Source: Actinomycetota bacterium
GTDB lineage: Bacteria; Actinomycetota; UBA4738; HRBIN12
Assembly: GCA_035249905.1 (NCBI GenBank)
Contig: DATFFT010000111.1
Location: 12,967 to 76,966, forward strand
DNA: 64,000 nucleotides
Direction of reading: 5' to 3'
Shown here: positions 9,405 to 22,817 of the stretch, one piece after another
How positions within the stretch are numbered: the stretch's first letter is position 1
Layout of the letters: every line of letters begins with the position of its first letter
Made by a program: the position numbers and the translations under genes
Notes under the pieces: generated by a model
The model's input: only the letters and a program-made list of their open reading frames with translations
Told to the model about the DNA's origin: nothing
Databases searched by the model: none

Positions 9405-9787
9405 GCGCTCTCCTTCTCGCTGATGAGCTCCAACAGGCGATCGGCCAGCTCGAACGGATCCACCGGCTTCACGAACCACGCATCGGCGCCCGACCATCGG
9501 GCGAGCCAGGCGTCGTGCTTGCGCTCCAACAGGATCACGATCACGCCTCGGTAGGGATCGTTGTCGTCGCGGAGCTGCTTCGACAGCGCGAACGCTCCCG
9601 CCCGCGAGGCGATCTCGTCGGCCACGATCACATCGGGCCGGTCACGCAGGGCGGCTCCGATCCCGAGCTCGCCGTTGGCGGCCGCCCGGAATCGGAGCTC
9701 CGTGCCGATCGCGCGCTCGATGCTGCGCACGGTCAACGCCATGAGCTCCCTGGACACGGGGTCGGGCGAGACGAGCAGCACGTCCAC
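9401..9787 (-). CDS. stand-alone response-regulator receiver (CheY-like) protein
   Basis: VDVLLVSPDP...PDVIVADEI...VIVILLER...FVKPVDP has receiver-domain Asp/Thr-like/Lys-Pro positions. No output domain. Start GTG 9787 inferred. Confidence 0.8.
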   Translation of the reverse strand: MDVLLVSPDPVSRELMALTVRSIERAIGTELRFRAAANGELGIGAALRDRPDVIVADEIASRAGAFALSKQLRDDNDPYRGVIVILLERKHDAWLARWSGADAWFVKPVDPFELADRLLELISEKESA

Positions 9788-9904
9788 GGCGAGGATGCTA
9801 CCCGGTTCATGCCCCCCGGCGCCGGATGGGACATGGATCCATCGGGCTTTGCCCACGCCGATGTCACCCGCTAGGCTCCGGCGGCATCCGGCGAAGGAGG
9901 GCAG

Positions 9905-10594
9905 GTGGAGGGCACCGGGAAGGCCGCCGTGGCGGAGTTCGTCGCGACGTTCGCGCTCGTTTCCGTGGGCGCTGGAGCGGTGATCCTCCACGCGAACGGC
10001 CAGCTCGATCTCACCGGGGTCGCGCTCGCCCAGGGGCTCGTGGTCGCGATCATGGTCTCGATCACGACGCACATCTCGGGGGGCACGGTGAATCCGGCCG
10101 TCGCCGTGTCCATCTGGGTCACCGGGAAGGTGTCGACCCCGCGGGCGGGGGCGCTGATCGTCGCTCAGCTGGCGGGCGCGATCGCCGGCGCGTTCCTGTT
10201 GAAGTTCCTCGTGCCGGCCGAGCTGTTCGGATCCGGGAACGGCGGCATCCCCGCGCTAGGGGACGGCGTCACGATCGGCAAGGGGATCCTGATCGAGGCG
10301 GTGACGACGTTCTTCCTGGTCTTCGCGTTCTTCGGCACGGTCGTCGACGACCGCGGACCGTTCTCGAAGACCGCCGGACTCACGATCGGACTCGTGATCG
10401 CGTTCGACATCATGGCGTTCGGTCCGTACACCGGGGCCGCGATGAATCCCGCCCGATGGCTCGGCCCTGCCCTGGCCACGACGGACTGGGCGGATTGGTA
10501 CGTCTGGATCGTCGGCCCGATCGCCGGCGGCATCATCGCCGGGGTCCTCTACTGGAGCGTCTTCCTGAAGGACAAGGAACCCGCCACACCGTGA
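9905..10594 (+). CDS. MIP-family channel (aquaporin/glycerol facilitator)
   Basis: 229 aa with two NPA boxes ([17 protein letters not shown]) and six hydrophobic segments. AAGGAGG lies upstream of GTG 9905. Confidence 0.95.
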   Translation: MEGTGKAAVAEFVATFALVSVGAGAVILHANGQLDLTGVALAQGLVVAIMVSITTHISGGTVNPAVAVSIWVTGKVSTPRAGALIVAQLAGAIAGAFLLKFLVPAELFGSGNGGIPALGDGVTIGKGILIEAVTTFFLVFAFFGTVVDDRGPFSKTAGLTIGLVIAFDIMAFGPYTGAAMNPARWLGPALATTDWADWYVWIVGPIAGGIIAGVLYWSVFLKDKEPATP

Positions 10595-10673
10595 GCCCGC
10601 GCGGACCGCGAGGAGCGGGCGGGGCGGGTCACGGGAAGAGACGATCCCGTCCCGGCGTTCCCGAGAGGACGAC

Positions 10674-11858
10674 ATGACCTCGGACATCTACCTCGACGAC
10701 GCATCGGCCACTCCGCTGATCCCCGCGGCGCGGGCGGCGCTCATCGAGGCGCTCGACGAGTTCGGCGACCCGCTCTGGATCCACGCGCGGGGCCGGAAGG
10801 CCCGTTCGATCCTCGACGGCGCTCGCGAGACCGTCGCCGCGTCGCTGGGAGCCCAGCCGGATGAGATCGTGTTCACGTCGGGTGGCACGGAGTCGGTCGC
10901 GCTCGCGATCTGGGGCGCGGCGCGAGCGGTGCGGGAGCTCGGAACCCGCATCGTCGTGAGCGCGGTCGAACATCCCGCCGTCGGAGGTGTCGGACACGCC
11001 CTCCAGAGCGACGGGTTCGAGGTGATCGAGATCCCCGTCGACGGGTACGGGCGCATCGATCTCGATCGGTACGCGGCCGAGGTCCGCGCGCCCGGCACCC
11101 TGCTCGCGAGCGTGCAGCACGCCAACCACGAGCTGGGAACGATGCAGCAGATCGCGGAGGCCGCCCGGCTGGCCCGCGAGGCGAAGGTCCGGTTCCACAC
11201 CGACGCCTGCCAGACGGTCGGACGACTCCCGGTCGACGTCACGGCGCTCGGGGTCGACCTGCTGTCGTGCTCGGCACACAAGTTCGGCGGCCCGCCGGGC
11301 GTGGGCGCGCTCTACGTGCGCCGAGGTGTCGGCGTGACCGCCTACCCGTGCGGCGACGACCGCGAGCGGAAGCGACGGTCGGGCATGGAGAACACGCCCG
11401 GAATCGCCGCGATGGCGGCGGCCCTCGAGGTGGCGCTCGAGACGATGGGCGACACGGCCGCGACCCAATGGGCTCTCACGTCCCGGCTCCGCGAGCAGAT
11501 CGCCGAGACCGTTCCGGGCGCGACCGTCCACGGCCACCCCACCCAGCGCACGCCGCACCTCGTCTGCTTCAGCGTCGAGGTCCTCGATGCGCCGACGTTG
11601 ATGATGGCCCTCGACGATCGCGGGTTCCGCGTGGCCGCGGGGTCGCTGTGCACCGGACAGCCCGGCGATCCCTCGCCCGTGCTGGAACACATCGGGTATC
11701 CGCGGGTGAGCAGCTTCCGGATCGGGCTCGGCTCTGCGACGAGAGAGGACGACGTCGAGGCGCTGCTCGGTACCCTTCCCGAGCTCGTCGGCTCGCTCCG
11801 CGCCGTGGCCGAGCGATCCGAGAAGGAGCTCAGCCGTTTCCGAGACGGGGGACGCTAG
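10674..11858 (+). CDS. cysteine desulfurase (class V aminotransferase, NifS/IscS-like)
   Basis: 394 aa. [10 protein letters not shown] and [19 protein letters not shown] (PLP-Lys region). The stop shares a CTAG with the convergent korB stop. Confidence 0.9.
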   Translation: MTSDIYLDDASATPLIPAARAALIEALDEFGDPLWIHARGRKARSILDGARETVAASLGAQPDEIVFTSGGTESVALAIWGAARAVRELGTRIVVSAVEHPAVGGVGHALQSDGFEVIEIPVDGYGRIDLDRYAAEVRAPGTLLASVQHANHELGTMQQIAEAARLAREAKVRFHTDACQTVGRLPVDVTALGVDLLSCSAHKFGGPPGVGALYVRRGVGVTAYPCGDDRERKRRSGMENTPGIAAMAAALEVALETMGDTAATQWALTSRLREQIAETVPGATVHGHPTQRTPHLVCFSVEVLDAPTLMMALDDRGFRVAAGSLCTGQPGDPSPVLEHIGYPRVSSFRIGLGSATREDDVEALLGTLPELVGSLRAVAERSEKELSRFRDGGR

Positions 11859-12901
11859 CCCACCGTCCAGGTGTCCCCGCCCTGCAGGAGCTTCGCGAGA
11901 TCGCCCTTGCCGAGCCGTTCCTCGGCGCTGCGAAGCTGCGCGTGCAACGCCTCACCGTAGACCGGCCGGTCGAAGTCACGGAAGACCCCGAGGCACGTCG
12001 CCTCGTGCGGCCCGAGCGAGAGGTGTGCGAGGCCGAAAGGCAGCGATGGCCGGCCGCCGGCCTGGTGCACCACGATGCGATCCTGATCGACTTCAGCGGT
12101 CGGCCTGACCTGCAGTCTTCCATTGTCGCCGACGATCACGCACTTCGTTCCTTCGTCGAAGACGATCGGCTCCCCGTCGACCAGTCGGATCTGGTGATGC
12201 ACTCCCTCGGCCTTCTCGCGCAGCAGGTCGAACGCGCCGTCGTTGAACACGTTGCAGTTCTGGTAGATCTCGACGAAGGCGGTGCCCCGGTGGGCCGCGG
12301 CCTGGCGGAGCACGTCGGTGAGGTGCTTCCGGTCGTTGTCGATCGTGCGTGCGACGAACGTGCCCTCGGCGCCGAGGGCGACCGCGATCGGGTTGAAGGG
12401 GTGGTCGACCGAGCCGAACGGGGTCGACTTCGTGACCTTGCCTTCCTCGCTGGTCGGCGAGTACTGGCCCTTGGTCAATCCGTAGATCTGGTTGTTGAAG
12501 AGCAGGATCTTGATGTTCACGTTCCGCCGCAGCGCATGGATCAGGTGGTTGCCCCCGATCGACAGACCGTCGCCGTCGCCCGTGATCACCCAGACGCTCA
12601 GGTCGGGGTTCGAGGTCGCGATGCCTGTGGCGATCGCGGGCGCGCGCCCGTGGATCCCGTGCACGCCGTAGGTGTCCATGTAGTACGTGAACCGCCCGCT
12701 GCACCCGATGCCCGACACGAACACGGTCTTGTGCGGCTCGATGCCGAGCTCGGGCATGAAGCCCTGCACGGCCGAGAGGATCGCGTAGTCGCCGCACCCC
12801 GGACACCACCGAACCTCCTGGTCCGAGGTGAAGTCCTTCTTCGTCAGGGTCGCCACGCCGCCGGTCGCTGCGCCGCCCCCGTTCTCGAGCACGTCACTCA
12901 T
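11855..12901 (-). CDS. korB: 2-oxoglutarate:ferredoxin oxidoreductase, beta subunit
   Basis: [11 protein letters not shown] and the TPP-binding region [15 protein letters not shown] 12901 overlaps the korA stop by 8 nt. The track ORF extends spuriously to 12979. Confidence 0.9.
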   Translation of the reverse strand: MSDVLENGGGAATGGVATLTKKDFTSDQEVRWCPGCGDYAILSAVQGFMPELGIEPHKTVFVSGIGCSGRFTYYMDTYGVHGIHGRAPAIATGIATSNPDLSVWVITGDGDGLSIGGNHLIHALRRNVNIKILLFNNQIYGLTKGQYSPTSEEGKVTKSTPFGSVDHPFNPIAVALGAEGTFVARTIDNDRKHLTDVLRQAAAHRGTAFVEIYQNCNVFNDGAFDLLREKAEGVHHQIRLVDGEPIVFDEGTKCVIVGDNGRLQVRPTAEVDQDRIVVHQAGGRPSLPFGLAHLSLGPHEATCLGVFRDFDRPVYGEALHAQLRSAEERLGKGDLAKLLQGGDTWTVG

Positions 12902-14729
12902 CGAGCACCCGCCTGATCTCCTCGTCGAGGTCTTCCGCGAAGATGGGAAGCCCCTGCACCTTCGTGAAGCTCCTCGCATCGACGAGGAACTTGGCCCTGA
13001 TCAACATCGCGAGCTGACCCAGGTTCATCTCCGGGATCAGCACCTTGGGATAGGCCTTCACCACGTCACCCGTGTTCGCAGGGAAGGGGTTCATGTGCCG
13101 CAGGTGCGCCGTGGCGACCTTGCCGCCCGCGTCGCGCACGCGATGGGCCGCGGCGCGGATCGTGCCGAGCGACGAGCCCCACCCGAGCACCAACAGCTCG
13201 GCCTCACCCGAGGGGTCGTCGACCTCGAGCGCCGGGATGTCGCGGGCGATGCCGTCCACCTTCGCCTGGCGCAGATGCGTCATGCGTTCGTGGTTCTCGG
13301 GTTCGTAGCTGATGTTCCCGGTCCGGTCCTCCCGTTCGAGCCCTCCGATGCGATGCACGAGGCCCGGCGTGCCGGGAACCGCCCACGGCCTCGCCAGCCG
13401 TTCGTCGCGGTCGTACGGCAGGAAGCCGTCGCCGTTGGGCGCCGCGAAGTCGGGATCGATCGTCGGCAGATCGTCGACCTCGGGCACTCGCCACGGTTCC
13501 GAGGAGTTCGAGAGGAACGTGTCGGAGAGCAGGATCACCGGCGTGCGATATCTCACGGCGATCCGCGCCGCTTCGATCGCCGCGGCGAAGCACTCGGACG
13601 GCGAGGCCGCCGCGACGATCGGCATGGGGCTCTCTCCGTGGCGGCCGAACATCGCCAACAGCAGGTCGGCCTGCTCGGTCTTCGTCGGCAGGCCCGTCGA
13701 GGGCCCGCCGCGCTGCACATCGACGACGACCATCGGCAGCTCCATGATCACCGCCAGCCCCAGCGTCTCCGCCTTCAGGTCCATGCCCGGGCCGCTGGTG
13801 CCCGTCACGGCCAACTGCCCGGCGAACGCGGCACCGAGCGCGGCGTTCGCCGCGGCGATCTCATCCTCGGCCTGGAGCGTCGTCACCCCGAAGTTCTTGT
13901 GTCGCGACAGCTCGTGCAACAGCTCCGACGCGGGCGTGATCGGGTAGCTGGCGTAGAACAACGGCAGGCCGCTGCGAGCCGAGGCTGCGATGAGCCCCCA
14001 CGACAAGGCCGTCGCGCCCGCGATGTTGCGGTACGTGCCCGGCTCCACCGGCGCCGCCGCGATGCGGTAGGACTGGGCGAACAGCTCGGTGGTCTCGCCG
14101 AAGTTGTACCCGGCCTTGAAGGCCGCCACGTTGGCGTCGTAGATCTCCTGCTTCCCGCCGAACTTGCGCTCGAGCCAATCGAGGGTGGTCTCGGTCGGAC
14201 GATCGAACATCCACGAGACGAGCCCCAGCGCGAACATGTTCTTGGCTCGTTCGGCCTCCTTCTTCCCGATCCCGACGTCCTCGGTGGCCCGCACCGTCAT
14301 CGACGTCATGGGCACCTTGTAGACCTGGTAGCCCTCGAGGGTGCCGTCGCTCGTGGGGTCGGTCGCGAACCCGGCCTTCTCGACGTTGCGCGGCGTGAAC
14401 GCGTCCTCGTTCACGATCAGGATGCCGCCCCGCTCGACCTTCGAGAGATCGGCCTTGAGGGCGGCCGGGTTCATCGCGATCAGCACGTCGGCGTGGTCGC
14501 CCGGGGTCGTGATGTCGGTGGAGGCGAACTGGATCTGGAACGCCGACACCCCGTGGACGGTGCCGGCCGGTGCCCGGATCTCCGCCGGGAAGTCGGGAAG
14601 CGTCGCGAGGTCGTTGCCGAGGACCGCGGTGGCGGAGGTGAAGCGGTCGCCGGTGAGCTGCATGCCGTCGCCCGAGTCCCCCGCGAACCGAACGACGACG
14701 CGTTGCTTCTCTTCGACGGTCTTGGTCAT
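12894..14729 (-). CDS. korA: 2-oxoglutarate:ferredoxin oxidoreductase, alpha subunit
   Basis: 611 aa. RFAGDSGDGMQLTG N-terminus and a POR/KOR alpha domain throughout. Confidence 0.9.
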   Translation of the reverse strand: MTKTVEEKQRVVVRFAGDSGDGMQLTGDRFTSATAVLGNDLATLPDFPAEIRAPAGTVHGVSAFQIQFASTDITTPGDHADVLIAMNPAALKADLSKVERGGILIVNEDAFTPRNVEKAGFATDPTSDGTLEGYQVYKVPMTSMTVRATEDVGIGKKEAERAKNMFALGLVSWMFDRPTETTLDWLERKFGGKQEIYDANVAAFKAGYNFGETTELFAQSYRIAAAPVEPGTYRNIAGATALSWGLIAASARSGLPLFYASYPITPASELLHELSRHKNFGVTTLQAEDEIAAANAALGAAFAGQLAVTGTSGPGMDLKAETLGLAVIMELPMVVVDVQRGGPSTGLPTKTEQADLLLAMFGRHGESPMPIVAAASPSECFAAAIEAARIAVRYRTPVILLSDTFLSNSSEPWRVPEVDDLPTIDPDFAAPNGDGFLPYDRDERLARPWAVPGTPGLVHRIGGLEREDRTGNISYEPENHERMTHLRQAKVDGIARDIPALEVDDPSGEAELLVLGWGSSLGTIRAAAHRVRDAGGKVATAHLRHMNPFPANTGDVVKAYPKVLIPEMNLGQLAMLIRAKFLVDARSFTKVQGLPIFAEDLDEEIRRVLDE

Positions 14730-14878
14730 CAGTGGTCCGGCCGTGCCGACCGATGCTCCTTCCGTTGCGGGCTTGGGATGTGGGAGCGGTCGGTATCTAG
14801 CGTACTGCCGCAGCGGGCCAGCGACGGGTCATGCCGGATAGATCCACGCGATGAGAGCAGATCGGCCGGCGATCCTCG

Positions 14879-15376
14879 TCAGAGCGATCGGTCGATCTGG
14901 CGCACCCGGCGCACGATGCCGTCGAGCAGCTTCAGCGTGATCTGCGGCTCGTCCTTGAGCAGCGCCAGCAGGTGCCGCCGGAACAACCGCAACACCCGGA
15001 GCGGGGTCACGGCCACGACCGATGCGCTGCGCGGCTGGGCATCGATCGCCGCCAGCTCACCGAAGAAGTCGCCGGGCAGAACGGTGCCGACCCTCTTCCC
15101 GCTCCGCACGACCTTGCCCTCGCCCTCGAGCACGACGAACATCGTCTCGCCCAGGTCGCCCTCTCGCACGACCGCCTCCCCGGGCCCGAACGTGAGCTCG
15201 TCGGTGTCCCCGGCGAGGCGGTTGAGCTCGCGCTTGGAGAAGCCCGAGAACAGCGGCACGCCGGCGAGCGCGGTCGCCGTCTGTCGCTTCGTGCGCCGCA
15301 GGCGCTGCTCCGGTCGCTTGGCCGGCGCTCGCCGCCCTGACTCCCGCCGCAACATGTCGGGAAGGCTCTGACTCAT
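14879..15376 (-). CDS. cyclic-nucleotide-binding domain protein
   Basis: VPLFSGFSKRELNRLA...GDFFGELAAID...RSASVVA is the classical cNMP-binding cassette. ATG 15376 preferred over 15427. Confidence 0.8.
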   Translation of the reverse strand: MSQSLPDMLRRESGRRAPAKRPEQRLRRTKRQTATALAGVPLFSGFSKRELNRLAGDTDELTFGPGEAVVREGDLGETMFVVLEGEGKVVRSGKRVGTVLPGDFFGELAAIDAQPRSASVVAVTPLRVLRLFRRHLLALLKDEPQITLKLLDGIVRRVRQIDRSL

Positions 15377-15456
15377 CGCTCGCGAGCCTACTCCGAGCCC
15401 CGTCGGAGGAGCCAGCCGGGGGTCCATGTGGGCGACGGTAAGGAGGCACCGCTAGG

Positions 15457-19104
<3,648 letters not shown>

Positions 19105-19229
19105 CGTCACGGTCGCCCGTGGGCCCTGCCCATGAGACTTCTTTCATCGGCGACTCATCGTCCCTTCACGGTCCGTGGCTAGGTTGGAGGCGTCGGAAGG
19201 AACCAACCACCGGAAGTTGGAGGTGCACC

Positions 19230-19622
19230 ATGATCGGGAGGATCGCAACGATCGCCCTCGCGGGAGCCGTGGCCGTGTTCGGGCCCGTCGGGGCCGCGAT
19301 CGCTGTCGGCGAGTCGGCCGACGATTCGGACCGCGAGGTGGTCGTCTTCAAGCGCGAGGAGGACGACGACGACGTGGTGACGGGATTCGCGCGCGATGAC
19401 GATGACGATGACAGCCGGGACAACAGCAACGACAAGAACTCGTTCACCAGCGGCGTGAAGAGCCGCGACGGCACGAACAGCCGTCACACGAAGGTGTCGA
19501 GGGACCGCGACCGCAGCCGCGGGGACCTCACCAGGGACCGCACCAAGGACGGTCCGCGCAAGAACAAGCGCGACTGGTCGAGGCACCACACGAACGACCG
19601 GTCCAAGAACGACACCCGCTGA
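19230..19622 (+). CDS. secreted or membrane-anchored, highly charged low-complexity protein
   Basis: GGAGGT SD then ATG 19230. Hydrophobic N-terminus MIGRIATIALAGAVAVFGPVGAAIAV, then an acidic half (EEDDDD, DDDDDD) and a basic S/T/N-rich half. Codon third positions are GC-rich, as in real genes here. Confidence 0.6.
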   Translation: MIGRIATIALAGAVAVFGPVGAAIAVGESADDSDREVVVFKREEDDDDVVTGFARDDDDDDSRDNSNDKNSFTSGVKSRDGTNSRHTKVSRDRDRSRGDLTRDRTKDGPRKNKRDWSRHHTNDRSKNDTR

Positions 19623-19696
19623 CGGGATCGACCACCAGGAGCCGGGGCGCCGAGCGCCCCGGCTCCCTTCCGTGTGAGGATCGACCACGAGAACCG

Positions 19697-20590
19697 ATGA
19701 TGAGCGAACGGACCGACGACGGGCGGTGGGGCTTCGAACCGGGCGACGAGATCGCGCCCGGTCTGCATGCGCTGAACCTGCTCGGGGGCGGTGAGCGATA
19801 CGAGGCGTATCTCGCGTTCGACGATCGGCTGCACTATCGGGTGGTCGTCAAGGTGCTTCGGCCAGATCAAGCGCGCGATCGGGCCGCCTTGCGGGGGCTG
19901 CGGCGCGAGGCCGACGCGCTCGAGCGGGTGCGGCATCCGGTGTTGATCCGGTCGTTCGGGGCTCACCTCGACGGCGACCGTCCGCTGCTGATCCTGGAGC
20001 TCGCCGAGGGGCCGCGACTATCGACGGATCTCAGGCGGTTCGGGCCGCTCGACGTCGAGCAGGCCGCCCCGCTGGGCGTGGAGATCTCCTCGGCGATCCA
20101 CTCGATGCACCTGGTGGGCCTCGTGCACCTCGACGTCAAGCCGAAGAACGTGATCCTCGGCGCTCCCCCGAGACTGATCGACCTCAGCATCGCCCGCCCG
20201 ACCGAGGACGCGGCGACCCTCGATCGCCCCGTCGGCACCGACGCCTACATGGCCCCGGAGCAGTGCGCGCCCGGTGACGTGGGCATGGTGGGGCCGCCTG
20301 CCGATGTCTGGGGCATCGGGGTCACGCTGTTCGAGGCGGTCACGGGGAAGCTGCCCTTCCCTCGGGGCACGGACGACGACGATGCGCCGCTCACCCGACG
20401 GTTCCCGCAGCTCGAGGGCATGCCCGACCAGCTGCCCACGACGGTGGCGCCGGCGCTCGCCGAAGCCATCGTGGCCTCCCTCGAGCCCGAGCCGTCCGAA
20501 CGTCCTTCGCCCGCCGAGGTCGCCGACACGATCGAGCCGCTGCTCTCGACGCCGCCACGCTTCCGCCTGAAGAGCCTGCGGCCCGGCTGA
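19697..20590 (+). CDS. Ser/Thr protein kinase, catalytic domain only (non-RD, DLS variant)
   Basis: LGGGERYEAY Gly-loop, VVVKVL Lys, HLDVKPKNVIL catalytic loop, IDLSIAR in place of DFG, GTDAYMAPEQ. Confidence 0.85.
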   Translation: MMSERTDDGRWGFEPGDEIAPGLHALNLLGGGERYEAYLAFDDRLHYRVVVKVLRPDQARDRAALRGLRREADALERVRHPVLIRSFGAHLDGDRPLLILELAEGPRLSTDLRRFGPLDVEQAAPLGVEISSAIHSMHLVGLVHLDVKPKNVILGAPPRLIDLSIARPTEDAATLDRPVGTDAYMAPEQCAPGDVGMVGPPADVWGIGVTLFEAVTGKLPFPRGTDDDDAPLTRRFPQLEGMPDQLPTTVAPALAEAIVASLEPEPSERPSPAEVADTIEPLLSTPPRFRLKSLRPG

Positions 20591-20621
20591 GCGCGGTCGT
20601 GCGACTGGTAGCGTCGACTGC

Positions 20622-21878
20622 ATGACCAGCTTCTGGCATCCCTTCGCGGACATGCACGCCGTCGACGCGAACGGCGCGGTCACGCTGGTGCGCGGCGAAG
20701 GCGCGTACGTCATCGATGATTCCGGCCGGCGCTACCTGGATGCCACCGCGTCGCTCTGGTACTGCAACGTCGGATGGGGACGGACCGAGATCGCCGACGC
20801 CGTGGCGGCGCAGATGCGAGAGCTCCCCGCCTACTCGACGTTCGGCGACCTCACGAACCGCCCGGCCGAGGCGCTGGCCGAGCGCGTGGCGGCGCTCGCG
20901 CCGGTCCCCGACGCCAAGGTGTTCCTCACGAGCGGCGGCTCGGACTCGATCGATACCGCCACGAAGATGGCCCGGCGCCATTGGCAGCTTCGAGGCGAAC
21001 CGGACCGAACCGTGTTGATCCGCCGTGAGAAGGCGTATCACGGCATGCACACGGCGGGCACCTCGCTCGCCGGCATCCCCGCGAACGCCATGGGTCACGG
21101 CGAGCTGATCGAGGACGTCACCGAGGTGCCCTGGAACGATGCCGAGGCCCTGCGCGCCGCGATCGAGGCCGACCGTCCCGGGCGAGTGGCCGCGTTCTTC
21201 TGCGAGCCCGTGATCGGCGCGGGCGGCGTCTTCCCACCCCCGGCCGGTTACCTGGAAGCGGCCCGCGAGGTGTGCCGCGAGACGGGCGTGCTGTTCATCG
21301 CCGACGAGGTGATCACGGGGTTCGGCCGAGTGGGAGACTGGTTCGCCTCGAGCCGGTTCGGGCTCGAGCCCGACATCGTGACGTGCGCCAAAGGCATCAC
21401 GAGCGGCTACCTCCCGATGGGCGGGGTGATGGCGGCGCCGTGGGTCGCGGAGCCCTTCTGGGCCGAGGGAGCCGGCCCCTGGCGGCACGGCTACACCTAC
21501 AGCGGCCACGCCGCCGTGGCGGCCGCGGCGCTCACGAACCTCGACATCATGGAACGGGAGAACCTCTGCGAACGCGCCCTGAAGCTCGAAGCCCCCTTGT
21601 TCGAAGCCCTGCAGCCGCTCGCCGATCACGAGCTCGTGGAGGAGGTGCGCGGCGGCATCGGGGTCCTGGCCGCCGTGAACCTGCGACACGACATCGTCGT
21701 CGACGACCCCTCCCTTCCGGCGAAGGTGGGCACGGCCTGCCGGCAGGCGGGGGTGATGGTACGTCCGCTCGTCGGCGGCGCCATCGCGGTCTCACCGCCG
21801 CTCGTGATCGGCGATGAGGAGATCGCAACGATCGCGACCGCGTTCCGAGCGGGGCTCGACGCCGTCGCCGCCCTTTAG
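20622..21878 (+). CDS. class III (omega) aminotransferase
   Basis: 418 aa. YLDATASLWYCNVGWGR, FIADEVITGFGRVG and TCAKGITSGYLPMG (PLP-Lys). Confidence 0.9.
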   Translation: MTSFWHPFADMHAVDANGAVTLVRGEGAYVIDDSGRRYLDATASLWYCNVGWGRTEIADAVAAQMRELPAYSTFGDLTNRPAEALAERVAALAPVPDAKVFLTSGGSDSIDTATKMARRHWQLRGEPDRTVLIRREKAYHGMHTAGTSLAGIPANAMGHGELIEDVTEVPWNDAEALRAAIEADRPGRVAAFFCEPVIGAGGVFPPPAGYLEAAREVCRETGVLFIADEVITGFGRVGDWFASSRFGLEPDIVTCAKGITSGYLPMGGVMAAPWVAEPFWAEGAGPWRHGYTYSGHAAVAAAALTNLDIMERENLCERALKLEAPLFEALQPLADHELVEEVRGGIGVLAAVNLRHDIVVDDPSLPAKVGTACRQAGVMVRPLVGGAIAVSPPLVIGDEEIATIATAFRAGLDAVAAL

Positions 21879-21927
21879 TCCACGTTGGACGACCGCTCAC
21901 CCGAGGTGGGCACGCCCCTCGGGGTGA

Positions 21928-22248
21928 TCAGTGGAACGAGTTGCCGCAGGCGCAGCCGCCCTGGGCGGCCGGGTTGTCGATCGTGAACCCCGTCTGCTCG
22001 AGCGAGTCCACGAAGTCGATCGTGGCCTGCGAGAGATAGGGCACGCTCATCTTGTCGATCACGAGACGGACGCCGAACTGCTCCTCGGCCTGGTCCTTCT
22101 CGCCGACCTGGTCGTCGAGGTACATCGCGTAGCGAAGGCCGGAACAGCCACCGGGCTGCACGGCCACCCGCAGCGCGATGTCGTCGCGGCCTTCCTCGGC
22201 CAGCAGTTCCTTCACCTTGCCGGCGGCGTTCTCCGTGAGCGTGATCAT
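21928..22248 (-). CDS. erpA: HesB/IscA-family Fe-S cluster insertion protein
   Basis: MITLTENAAGKVKEL...GGCSGLRY...C-terminal GCACGNSF. GGAGGA SD lies upstream of ATG 22248. Confidence 0.9.
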   Translation of the reverse strand: MITLTENAAGKVKELLAEEGRDDIALRVAVQPGGCSGLRYAMYLDDQVGEKDQAEEQFGVRLVIDKMSVPYLSQATIDFVDSLEQTGFTIDNPAAQGGCACGNSFH

Positions 22249-22346
22249 GCATCCTCCGGTTTGAGCGGGCTCGATCGTCGGGGTGACCCCCATATCGTAC
22301 CCGCCGTCGCCCCGAAACCCGAACCTTCGGCCCCGAGATCCCAGGG

Positions 22347-22817
22347 TCAGCTCACGGCGAGGTCGACCACCCGGGCTCCACTCAGCCGCACCAGGTCGCT
22401 CGGTGCGAGCGGGAACACGGAATCGGGCGTTCCCGCTGCAGCCCAGACCTCTTCGTGCTCGAGCAGGTCCTCGTCGCAGTATGCCGACAGGCGATCGTGA
22501 TGACCGAACGGCGGCGTGCCCCCGACCGCGAACCCGGTCGCCGCTCTGGCCTCGTCGGGCGAGGCTCTCCGCACCCCCTCGACGCCGGCGACGGTCGCCA
22601 GCTTCCGCTCATCGACACGGTTCGACCCCGACGTCAGCGCGAGCACCGGGCCATCGTCGGCCATGAACACCAGGGACTTCACGATCTGGCCGACGTCGCA
22701 GCCGATCGCACGGGCGGCGTCCTCGGCGGTCTTCGTCCCTTGGGGGAACAGGCGCGCCTCGGGGTCCAGTCCTCGGGCCCGGGCCGCATCGAGGAACCGA
22801 TCGAGGGCTCCGCTCAT
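22347..22817 (-). CDS. YbaK/EbsC-family aminoacyl-tRNA deacylase
   Basis: 156 aa. GQIVKSLVF...VGGTPPFGH matches the YbaK editing domain. ATG 22817 overlaps the glycerate kinase stop (ATGA). Confidence 0.85.
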   Translation of the reverse strand: MSGALDRFLDAARARGLDPEARLFPQGTKTAEDAARAIGCDVGQIVKSLVFMADDGPVLALTSGSNRVDERKLATVAGVEGVRRASPDEARAATGFAVGGTPPFGHHDRLSAYCDEDLLEHEEVWAAAGTPDSVFPLAPSDLVRLSGARVVDLAVS

